From: Eledone cirrhosa
Lineage: Eukaryota
DNA length: 64,000 bases
Assembly: GCA_964016885.1 (NCBI GenBank)
Contig: OZ024743.1
Coordinates: 323,640,001 to 323,704,000 of the forward strand
Direction: 5' to 3'
Shown here: one piece after another, positions 54,106-64,000 of the stretch
Layout: every line of letters starts with the position of its first letter
Numbering within the stretch: the stretch's first letter is position 1
Notes under the pieces: model-generated
What the model was told of the DNA's origin: nothing
Seen by the model: only the letters and a program-made list of their open reading frames with translations
Database searches by the model: none
Translations under genes and position numbers: made by a program

Positions 54106-55381
54106 TACAGTAGCTAGAACTGTATGTCAAATTACATTATATTTTTTGTTCCCAAACTATTTACTTCTAAGAAGTCTGTTTATTTAAATGAATGAATTGT
54201 TCTACAATCCTCACACCCACCCCCATTACCACGCTACAATATATTCCTTCCTATACTGTTATATGGTGAGAATAACAATTGAAAGAGAGCAATGTTTGTA
54301 GTTAGAGAATAGTTGATACCCAATAGTGTGTGCAAACTACGTTTGTTATAAAATACTTTGAAATTAGCTAACGGGTCCTAAGTACTAAATTTTTTAACCC
54401 CGTGTTGGTAGCATTTAATGTGTTTCTTTTTAAGATAGTAATATATGATATAATTTGGTTGCTATTTCTTGAAGATGGATCGATAACGTAGAGATTTATT
54501 TTGCGTTCACAAATAAAATCTTTTGTCTTCTTTTTTCCTTCTTTTTGTCTTCTTCTTTTGTCCTTCTTTTTTCGTATTTTCCTTCTTTTTTTCCTACTTC
54601 CTCGTTTTCTTTTTTTTTTATTCCTGGGAGGGTCGTAGGGGAAGAGTCCTCAAACACGCCTTCCAGCGGGTCTTGTCAGAAGCAACCGTCTCCAACTGAA
54701 CTGGCTGGATCCTCAAGCGTAACCAGCCAAGTTCATGGGTGTTACCCAACCATCTTGCTCCGTGTCTACCACCGACTGTTTTGCCCGTAAAATCTGTCCA
54801 GCGATTTTTTCCTGAAACATTCGAACCACATTTGTTTTTAAATATATCATTTTTTCCCTATAAATCTAGATGTCTTTATGGAAATCATGTTGAAATAGCA
54901 GTACATAATTATCAGAAGTTTGTCATTTATATACAAAAATAGATTTTGTAGACAGCATTTGTTCAGATAAGATTGCTCTTAAATACGTAAGGGGGGACTG
55001 TATCTCTCCCCCCTCTTTCCCTTCCACCTTCCCCCCTTTCTCTCTCTTCCACCTCTCTCTTACTCTATATTACTCAGGCTGAGACCATGCTGGGGCACCA
55101 CCATTTAAAATAATCACTTTATGTATATATGTTCTCCACCGAACATTAAAATAAAAGTAAACCAATACGGCAAACACACACCAACTAAGACCCATCACGC
55201 ACAAATACAATTACTCGGCTACAAAAGCACATTAAAACAATGTCCACTACAAGCAAAATCATCCACCAAATATTTCATGTCTAATAAAAGAAAACCTGAA
55301 GTTCATAACCAAGAAATATATCTAATTTAAGAAAGGCAATAACGTAATGAAATTTAAAATTAAAACCAACCTACTATACTG

Positions 55382-55547
55382 GAGGGTCGGACGCCATGCT
55401 TTGCAGCACAGAGTTACGGGCCTTTATAGTCTCAGTCCAAATCCGCCGAGGTTAACTTTGCCTTTCATCCTTACGGGGTTGATAAAATAAAGTACCAGTA
55501 ATGCACTGGGGTAATTGCTGGCCTTGTGCCAAAAGTAGAAACAATTA
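55382..55547 (+). mobile_element. SINE
   Basis: Family consensus, 5'-truncated. Confidence 0.85.
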
Positions 55548-55975
55548 TATGTTAGTTTCCCTGTATCTGTGTTTGTTTCTATGTACGTGTACGTAACCAG
55601 GAAGAGGGGAATTTTTGTTTGATGAGGGTTGTCCAAGGCATTAGCCCCTTCCGGCTCTGATTGTTGTTATTGTTTAGCCTCACGTTAGCCTTTATTTAGC
55701 TGCTCTATTATCAGACATTGCATGCACAATTATGTTGTAAAGCATAGTACACCCAGGATTACATTGTCCAGAGTGTCTTTCTTATCTTTAGAAATCGTAA
55801 TGTGTGATTAAAGGGAAATTTGACTGCCATTTCTAGCAAATCGGGGTACCACGTAGAAGCTTCCTTTCTGTTTAGAAAAATGCTTACTTTTGTGTCATGT
55901 ATAATCAATCGTCGTCATTACATACATATTTAAACATTTTATCTATGCTAATTAATTCCTTTTTCTTTTTCAGAA

Positions 55976-56404
55976 ATGGACAAGAAGAGGTTAGACATTC
56001 CCAAAATTGAAATTAATACTGTACCAGAAGAAGTGGAAGATGAAGAGGGTAATATCACAACAGGACTATCAACATTTAGTTCTAACTTAAATCGTGATAG
56101 GTTCCAAGTGATCCCAGTTGGAACACCAGTAAAATCTGCCCAGAGATCAAGACGATCTAGTGATTCCTCACGAATATCAGACGGGGATCGCAAAGTATCG
56201 ATTTCCATAATTGAAGATGACTTTCTCTCTCCCAGAATTGCATTTCAAGGCCACCGTATGTCTGTTGACTCTAATTTCAGCAGTCAAACAATCGGCATAC
56301 ACACACATGAAGCTTTACCTCGCGCTGAAAACTATCGGGATCTTCTGTCACACGTGACTAACATGAAATCTCGACCAACATTAGATGAATTGCACGAAAG
56401 GACC
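55976..56404 (+). CDS. SLC12A2: Na-K-2Cl cotransporter (NKCC/SLC12A2-like), first coding exon (cytoplasmic N-terminus)
   Basis: Acceptor ttttctttttcag ends 55973; ATG 55976; donor GTAAGT 56405 (phase 0). Has an RFQV SPAK/OSR1-docking motif and QTIGIHTHEALPRAENYR...RPTLDELH, matching the NKCC1 regulatory phospho-region (TFGHNTMDAVPRIDHYR...RPSLAELH). Symbol indicates subfamily, not proven orthology. Confidence 0.9.
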
Positions 56405-56446
56405 GTAAGTAACAAAGCTTAATCTCTTGTAATCTCGGATGATAGT

Positions 56447-56582
56447 GAAACGTACTGGAAGAGCCATTCCAGCTCGCGAGGCTCACACCTGCGGGTAGCC
56501 AACTCTGTGCCGATGGTGATGAGCAGGGAGGTGGGCCAAGGACACCAGACGTCTCCACTGTCACGGGCTCGACCGCAAATTT
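56447..56582 (-). mobile_element. CRE-like fragment in an SLC12 intron
   Basis: EPVTVETSGVLGP / RRCEPRELEWLFQ, similar to 42100-42230. Confidence 0.7.
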
Positions 56583-57102
56583 TATAAGAATCATAGACAT
56601 ATAGATTATCCATGGTCCCCGACCCTCAGTAATGAGGATGGGAAGATACCAGACTAGCTGAGATGACACGAGACCAGCCAGCTCAGAGAAGCAGAAACCT
56701 TGTAGTAGCACAATTGCAGATGTGGCTAAAGTATTTCATTGTAGGATTCACTTTGGTTTTCTAAAGGATTGGTAGTTATTGATGATGGCAGCGGTGGGGA
56801 CTTCACCTGAGTTTTCTAAAGGATTGGTAGTTATAGATGATGGCAGTGGTGTGGACTATATTATATACTGTTAGATTATGTTTAAAATGTTATTTTTAAG
56901 TTGAGTTGTGTGTGATATACATATGTATGTGTGTGTAGATATATGTCCCAGTGCGTGCCTGTATGTATATATATATTTGGTGTGGGATGCTTAAAGCGTC
57001 CGTATGCGGTAGGCCGTTTGAACACTCGATGCTGTTACAGAGCAGAGTATAACATCACATAAGAAACGGAGAATCAGTGGTGCGACGAATTAGAATTTAT
57101 TA

Positions 57103-57196
57103 GACATATTACAATCGTTTCTCTGGCGACCAGCTCGAGGCACGATCGATGCGAGGATAGAACCTGACTCTGAAACGCATGTTCTTCAGACACGTC
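57103..57196 (-). ncRNA. hammerhead-like motif with a ~60-nt domain II, antisense in an SLC12 intron
   Basis: GACGUGU-CUGAAGA-[~61 nt]-GAAA-CGAUUG-UA|AUAUGUC; the insert resembles that of 17370-17461. Confidence 0.55.
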
Positions 57197-57285
57197 GCTA
57201 TCCTCCGAACCACATTTGGAATTTCTGCTTCGTTACAACGAATTTTTTTATACCCCTTGAATTTCGTTATAACGGAATGTCACTG

Positions 57286-57327
<42 letters not shown>

Positions 57328-57386
57328 AAGCACAAGCATGGCTTACGTTTGATATGAATAACTATTTACTATAGTTCTCTTCCTAG

Positions 57387-57407
57387 GACGTGTCTTCTGT
57401 GCAAAGT
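57387..57407 (+). CDS. SLC12A2: candidate in-frame 21-nt microexon (DVSSVQS) of the SLC12 gene
   Basis: ttctcttcctag acceptor, GTAAAG donor, phase 0/0 like its neighbours, no stop codon. No transcript evidence. Confidence 0.4.
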
Positions 57408-57581
57408 GTAAAGGCGATCTTAAAACTTTTTTGTGTACCAAAAAATTACTGTATTTACCTTTATTTATTTTTCATGGCGGTGCTTATAATTTAAGCTGTA
57501 TGTATAGTCATCGAATTTATATGAGCTTTTCTATTAAAAAAAAAAAAAATTATAAAAAAATTATTTTGTATATTTTTCCAG

Positions 57582-57668
57582 AGAAAATCTTTTGATGCAG
57601 TTGAAGGAAGAAAATCTATATCTGTTGCCTACTCTGGCATCAAATTTGGATGGATCGAAGGTGTTTTG
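57582..57668 (+). CDS. SLC12A2: SLC12/NKCC coding exon (RKSF...KFGWIEGVL)
   Basis: tttttccag acceptor, GTGAGT donor, phase 0/0; KFGWIxGVL is the conserved pre-TM1 motif. Confidence 0.93.
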
Positions 57669-57810
57669 GTGAGTATCATCATCTTAAGTAACGTGAAGAT
57701 GCCATAACGAATTTCAGGCCAAAGAATAACCCTTTTAAATGTATGCTTATATCGTATAAACCAATACAGGTGCATTGACCCATATTATCGAATATTATAT
57801 GAAATTTAAG

Positions 57811-57952
57811 GGCATAGCATAGTTACGTCCCTTTACATTCTGAGTTCAAATCCCGCCGAGGTTAACCTTGCCTTTCATTCTTACGGGGTCGATAACATAA
57901 AGTACCAGTAATGTACTGGCTAATTGCTGGCCTTGTGCCTAAAGTAGAAACA
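57811..57952 (+). mobile_element. intronic SINE with a 17-bp TSD
   Basis: TSD ATTATATGAAATTTAAG at 57794 and 57953. Confidence 0.9.
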
Positions 57953-59305
57953 ATTATATGAAATTTAAGCTACAGCCTTGCTTGTATAGGTAAAATGTTT
58001 GATCCACAACGTGTAGTTTCGTATCCAGTCACACTGTACGGCTCATGGGCAAGTGTATTCTATGAAAGTATCGAGTTGACTAAAGTCTTATGTAAAATTG
58101 TGTATACGGAAACAATGTGAATGCTCGTCAGATGGCAGGCTTAATTCGTTAGTTTAAAACCCACCACGTGTCTCTTGGATGACTTTAGTAGAGTAACTTC
58201 AGTTTCAAACCACATACCCAGTCCGACCATAACTTCTGAGAGAGACGGGCTTATTCCTTTTCTTTCACCCACAAATTACCAATGGATCATAATAACAAAA
58301 AATGCTTCAGTTATGACTATCCTGTCTTTTTTTAAATAGTGTATATGATTACCCAATCAAATGTATCCATTCATTTTTAACCCAACTTGAGAGAATCTTG
58401 GCTACTATATTTCGCAAGTTCAATTGACCATGTAGAAGCTCCCTTCTGCTTGATCTTCAGTTGTTAAAATGCCGAGGCAAAGAAATCTAAAATAAGACGA
58501 GAAGCCATGCCAAGATTTAATACGGAATTATTAAGAATGCTTATTTATAACCATCTCTACAGTTGGTTGCAACCAAAGTGAAACGTCTGCCAACTGTTTG
58601 ATACGAATATAACTGGCCATTAGAATAGAACAAAAACAAAACTAAACAACGCAAAAATTGTATATCACCAACACATTAGCCACCTTTATGTGGTTGCTCA
58701 GTTCAATAGGAATAGCAGCTAAATTTTGCTCAAATCCAACCTTATTGAAATAAATAAATGAAGGACACCTTGGGAAAAGATTCCTAAATAGACAGACAGG
58801 AGATACTTTGATCGTAGTTATGCTAGATCAGGGCTTATCTGGGGCTAAATAACAATATTACATTTACTTCTGTCCTTATTAAACATCCTCTATCCTTCTC
58901 AACTACAAAACTGTCTTCTCCATCGTTAAATTCACCCAAAACACTCCTTCACTCCCTCATTTATCTAATATGCATTTCATGAAACCATTTCTCTTATATT
59001 TACTTTTTAATAACTGTCTCTTTATGATCTGAGTTTAATTCCCGCCGATGTTAGCTTTGCCTTTGATCGTTATGGAGTTAATAAAATAAAGTACCAGCAA
59101 TGCACTGGGGTCAATTTAATCAACTTTCCCCTCCCTCAAAATTGTTGGCCTTGTGCCTAAATCAGAAAAAATTATCTAATATAGAAATAGCTTCTACAGA
59201 ATTACGTACGAATGAAGCAGTTCTCGTCTTGTAGAAGCCATTTCTATACTAAATAATGTTTACACTTTACTAATATGATGAGTATCTTTTTAACTCGGGA
59301 TCCAC

Positions 59306-59344
<39 letters not shown>

Positions 59345-59634
59345 CACACACATATATATATATACAGTGGCGGACTGGGTCTAAAAATATTGGTTGCCAG
59401 GGGATGAAGGGGGCCCACCTACATATAGAATGCTATCATTTAATTTTTATAATAAATAAATAACATTTTCAAAAAATACATAAGTGGAAACAAAACAGTG
59501 CAATCAAGTTTTTGCAGAAAAATATCTTACCTTCTCCAATAAAAATATTATGTATTTTGCGCAATCCAGAGACTTTCAATAATGACCTTTGGTCTTTCAC
59601 ACTCACCTCTCTCTCTCTCTTATATATATATATA

Positions 59635-60192
59635 TAAAACATGAGAAGAATGACTACTGCGTGGTTGCACATGGGTTACATATGATAAAAATAGTCCTTC
59701 ATCAGTGATTTTCCAACCTTCATTGGTATTTCATCGCTTTAAAAATTATATACCTCCAGTTGGTGCGAGCAATAGCTAAGTAAAGCTATTGGGACAAGTA
59801 AATCGCGTAAAGCGAGCGCGACATGTAAACAAACATAGAAGGAAAGCAACGCAAAGATAGGAAAAAACAAGCACATGGGAGTCCGATCAGCTTAAGCTGT
59901 GTGGATTTCATGAACGAGAGACAACAGACCGTGCGACGCGAGTGAGGTGTGAGCAAAAAAGGACCCCACTTCAGGCCAAACGGGAGGAAGTGAGAAGGGG
60001 AGAAGCAGAGAGTGAGTGAGTGGAAGTGCGAGGAAGAGGCCAGTCGAGAGAAAGTGTAACTGACAGAGGGGGCGAAAGAAGGAAGAGAAACAGAGAGAGG
60101 GGGAAGCAGTAAGAGAGAAACAGACAAACGCAGCTGCGGAAAATATATATAAAAAACATGAGAAGAATGAATACTGCGTGGTTGCATATGGG

Positions 60193-60195
<3 letters not shown>
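59635..60195 (-). repeat. dispersed repeat with ~50-bp terminal direct repeats (pseudo-LTR-like); inverted paralog at 23750-24205
   Basis: catgagaagaatga.tactgcgtggttgca.atgggtta at 59640-59679 and 60157-60195; body matches the reverse complement of 23750-24200. Confidence 0.7.
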
Positions 60196-60253
<58 letters not shown>

Positions 60254-60311
60254 ACAAATATTGTTATACTTGGGGAGGGTCATATTTGTGTAATAATATT
60301 GCCAGAATTAA

Positions 60312-60630
60312 TAACAGAATACACCTACTGCTTGGTTGGTTTTCGCTTCTGTGTCTTTTATATCGGTTAATTTAATTTATTCGGTCCTCAATGTTACCAT
60401 TGACTGAATAAAGATGGCGTAGGCATACAATACAACGAGAGGAAACATAATAGCACTACTGACGATGTTGCAGATGTGCAACGAAAGAACTTTGTTAGAC
60501 TATATATATGTGTTTGTGTCTAAATTGTATCTGTATTTTTTATGGTAACATTGAGGACCGAATAAATTAAATTAACCGATATAAAAGACACAGAAGCGAA
60601 AACCAACCAAACAGTGAGTGTGTTCTGTTA
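60312..60630. repeat. fold-back element with 69-bp perfect inverted arms
   Basis: 60332-60400 is the exact reverse complement of 60542-60610. Confidence 0.9.
60455..60500 (+). ncRNA. degenerate hammerhead between 69-bp inverted repeats
   Basis: CUGACGA-U-GUUGCA(GAUG)UGCAAC-GAAA; stems I and III not intact. Confidence 0.45.
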
Positions 60631-60723
60631 TATATATTTGAATCTACTATGATTTTGGCTTACCTTATTCATATATTTATATGTTTTTGCATGTCAGTTA
60701 GATTCAAATTTACAATGATTGGC

Positions 60724-60779
<56 letters not shown>

Positions 60780-61215
60780 GTGTGTCTATATGTATGTTTG
60801 CATGCATGAATGAATACTCTAAGCTTTAGATTTAGTAGAATGTACAACCACTGATTGCAGTTGTTTGCACTATCATATATTTTGGTTTCTATTAATTTCA
60901 TGGGAATTAGTTGACCAAATGCTTTGCTTAATTGTTTTATTTATTTAAAAAGAAATTTATTCTTTCTCTTAGACTTCAGGTATTTTTTGAAAGTTAAGCA
61001 TTGGTCCCTAAAATACTACAGTGGGCCCTGCAATGCTACTGTGGGTCCCTGCAGTGCTACTGTGGGCTCCCTGGGCCCCAATTGCCATTGGGCAACCACC
61101 TAGCTAGTCCGCCACTGCATATATATATATAATGTTTACTTTGTTGCCTCTGTCCAAAAGGTATGGTCTTGTGCTAATGTAAGAAATCAATATTGCTCTC
61201 TTTTTCTTTTTTCAG

Positions 61216-61387
61216 ATTCGTTGTATGTTGAATATATTTGGAGTGATGTTATTCCTGCGATTAACTTGGGTTACAGCTCAAGCGGGAATTGGATTATCTT
61301 TTGTTATTATTTGTCTTTCTTCCGTTGTTACAAGCATCACTTCTATATCAATGTCAGCCATTTGCACAAATGGAGAAGTGAAAGGCG
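61216..61387 (+). CDS. SLC12A2: SLC12/NKCC coding exon, TM1-TM2 ([19 protein letters not shown]...[11 protein letters not shown])
   Basis: ttttcag acceptor, GTATGT donor (phase 1); hallmark cation-chloride cotransporter motifs. Confidence 0.96.
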
Positions 61388-61554
61388 GTATGTGTAGTTC
61401 TTTTCTTCTTCATTTTTTCCATGTATTGAGGCAGATTTTATTTATTAGTTTTTGTTTGTGTGATAATTCTTTCATGACAGACAGCTTCAATACAGAGACG
61501 GCAATAAAGTGTTGAATATTACGGGGATGGAAAGTGTTATTATCCATATCACAA

Positions 61555-61772
61555 GGGTGGTGGTGGATAGGCAGTATCGGTAATGCGTTGGACAGAATGT
61601 TTTTCTACATAGAGTTAAGGTCCCTTACGTTCTGAGTTCAAATCTCGCCAAGGTTAGCTTTGCCTTTCATCCTTACGGGGTCGATAAAATGTACCAGTAA
61701 TGTACTGGATCGATTTAATCGACTTTCTCCTCCCCTTCAAATTGCTGGCCTTGTGTCTAAATTAGAAACCAT
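61555..61772 (+). mobile_element. intronic SINE
   Basis: Family consensus; flanking ATCCATATCACA repeat. Other intronic copies at 59025-59172 and 63300-63422. Confidence 0.85.
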
Positions 61773-62688
61773 TGCCATCCATATCACAGAGGAGATATTA
61801 TTATATCGCAGACTGATCATGAGTCAGGTTTTCAATCCCAAAGAGCCAGAACAGATATCGCAAACCTCGACCCTCGCCCTGGGTTAATAATTTATTTAAC
61901 GACACAGAAACTAAGAAAGACAAAGTTAGTCTCGTTGGGATTTGAACCCGGGGTACAGAGAACAAGAACAAATACCATGAAACTTTTAATCCGACGTTCT
62001 TACAATTCCACTAATTCACTTATATATATTCATATGTGAGAGAGTGTGTGTAGAAACTGTTTCATTCGTATGAAATCATCCTGATGATTTCATACCAGGT
62101 CATTTCTATAGGAAGGTTATGCTGCTAATAACACCACCAAATGACAAGATGGAGTAAATATAACAAGATCAGAAGAAAGAGGAGACATAGATGAGCAAGA
62201 ATAATCATTGAGAAGGTCACAGGATGTGAAGGGCTTTAATAATTAACCAACTGATTAATTAACTAACTGATTAATGGATTACTCACTCGACTAATAATAA
62301 ACTGAAGTATTTCAGTGCATATTTCTATTAGCAGCATGGCCCTCTCAAAGTAAAATACCTAGAAAGTTCCCCAATGAGGCACAAGCCTAGTCAATGTGTT
62401 TTTGACCAGCCCATAAATACCAATCACCCTTCTCCATGTCAAGGGAAAAGGCAAAGGCCGACACTTCTTGCCACCAGTGAGTGAACTGGAGCAACGTGAA
62501 ATAAAGCCTCTTGCTCAAGGACACAACACATTTTACAGTTCAGGAATCGAAGTCACAACCTCACGATTGTGAATCCAACGCTCTGACCACTAAGCCACAT
62601 AATAAAATCATACTTTTTTACTTTTTAACAGTATATCTAATAAAGCAATTCCAAGTTAAATAATATTTTTCACCTGTGTATTAATTAG

Positions 62689-62828
62689 GTGGAGCCTATT
62701 ATATGATATCTCGTAGTCTTGGTCCAGAATTTGGCGGTGCGATTGGTCTTATATTTGCATTGGCCAATGCTATTGCAGCAGCAATGTACATCGTTGGTTT
62801 CTCAGAAGCGGCACGTGATCTAATGTGG
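62689..62828 (+). CDS. SLC12A2: SLC12/NKCC coding exon, TM3 ([20 protein letters not shown]...AMYIVGFSE)
   Basis: AG acceptor ends 62688, GTAAGT donor 62829; phase 1/0 joins in frame; [14 protein letters not shown] motif. Confidence 0.97.
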
Positions 62829-63439
62829 GTAAGTCTGATCTATTTTCCTTAAATCCATCACAGTTTTCTATTCATTTGATTATTCTGGAATCTAACGTTA
62901 AGGTTTTTTTAAGCTGAATATTTTACATCCCATGATTATAAATATAGAAGCAAGAATGTTTAAGTATGCCTCTAATCTGTCTTTATACAATTTCTTTTTA
63001 ACGATAAACCATTGTTATTCACACAACAAATATTTCCGGATATACTTTCTAACCCCATAATACCTGTTGGAATCGTAGAGGTGACGTGGTGACATATGAC
63101 GTGCCTTAGGCACTTTAAACCTGGGAGAGCCTATCCCGTCTCCAGCTCTGAATACAACCGATTTTTTCCACTGAGGGGGGGGGGGGGGAGAATCGATCCC
63201 CATACTATATTGCTACTTTTTTTTATCGAACTCGAAAGGATGAAAGGCAAAGTGGTCCTCGGTGCGGTTTGAACTCAGAGAGCTGGAACGAATACCACTA
63301 TGCCTTTCATCCTCACGATGTCAATACAATAAAGTACCAGTAAAATACTAGGGTCCATATAATCGACTTTTCCCACACACCCTCCTAAAATTGCTGGCCT
63401 TGTGCCTAAATTAGAAATCATTAAATTTTCTTGTTGCAG

Positions 63440-63553
63440 AAACATGGTGTAGTTATTACTGGTGATCCAGAACACGAAGTACGAATAATTGGGATTATTA
63501 CAAGTTTTATTCTATTGGCAATCATTTTCATCGGAATGGCCTGGGAATCTAAG
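63440..63553 (+). CDS. SLC12A2: SLC12/NKCC coding exon, TM4 (KHGVV...RIIG...GMAWESK)
   Basis: ttgcag acceptor, GTAAGA donor, phase 0/0. Confidence 0.95.
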
Positions 63554-63698
63554 GTAAGAACACTTAAACGAAGACTTCTTAGAAACAAACATGTTAAGAA
63601 GACACTATTTATACATATATATTTCTCTCATAATCCACCTTGTAAGAGATTCTTCGGTATTGTCATCTAAACCTTTATTTCTATTTATTGGAACTCAG

Positions 63699-63810
63699 GC
63701 ACAAATATTTTTATTGGGAATTCTTTGTGTTGCTATCATCAATTATTTCGTGGGTACATTTCTACCAGTTACAGAAGATCGTAAACGCGAAGGTTTCATC
63801 GGCTATAACG
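63699..63810 (+). CDS. SLC12A2: SLC12/NKCC coding exon, TM5 (AQIFLL...EGFIGYN); gene continues beyond the window
   Basis: ctcag acceptor, GTAAGT donor (phase 1); matches NKCC1 AQIVLL...KGFFGY. Confidence 0.93.
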
Positions 63811-64000
63811 GTAAGTTTCTCTATTATATTCTTAAGATTTTATAAATAATAAGTTTTCCATCGTTATTATTTGAGAGCCTCTTTTAAACTTTGCCTTCAT
63901 GTTGTGTTTAATGCTGTTAAGATAAGTTCTGTTATTGCATCTTGTAATTAGAATATCTTACATCACTTTATTTCAATTAATTCTTATTTACTTGCGTACA

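Larger units (their letters stand above)
59365..61117. mobile_element. non-autonomous hAT-like DNA transposon with nested repeats, in an SLC12 intron
   Basis: TIR CAGTGGCGGACT / AGTCCGCCACTG; subterminal GGGCCC repeats; 8-bp flanks tatatata/catatata. Confidence 0.7.

Noticed and set aside
56405-56422. ORF read-through after the first SLC12 coding exon (also 61388-61515, 63554-63670, 63811-63845)
   Set aside because: Intronic; canonical GT donors end the exons.

Overview
AT-rich, microsatellite-laden animal genomic DNA. The SINE families and repeat style suggest an octopus (inference). The 3' end of the window (55974-63810, + strand) holds the first six coding exons of a Na-K-2Cl cotransporter (SLC12A2/NKCC-like) gene that continues past the window, plus a candidate 21-nt microexon. 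The rest is transposon-derived. There is an intact RTE LINE (APE + RT + three C2H2 fingers, - strand) with a 5'-truncated but open R4/Dong-type LINE apparently nested in an (AAT)n tract of its 3' UTR. There are also two short non-autonomous RTE derivatives, decayed CR1/Jockey-like and CRE-like LINEs, more than 25 tRNA-derived SINEs (many with TSDs), Tc1/mariner- and hAT-like MITEs, and about 6 kb of (TA)/(TATG) satellite. The most unexpected signal, found by manual reading, is about 14 type I hammerhead ribozyme motifs. Several are complete. Some carry the U3-A8 core covariant, very large stem II inserts or a possible pseudoknot. Many sit inside short fold-back elements next to (TA)n, resembling Penelope pseudo-LTR or retrozyme-like derivatives. 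The intact ones are all on the - strand, antisense to the SLC12 gene. All structures were folded by eye; none were computed or tested.
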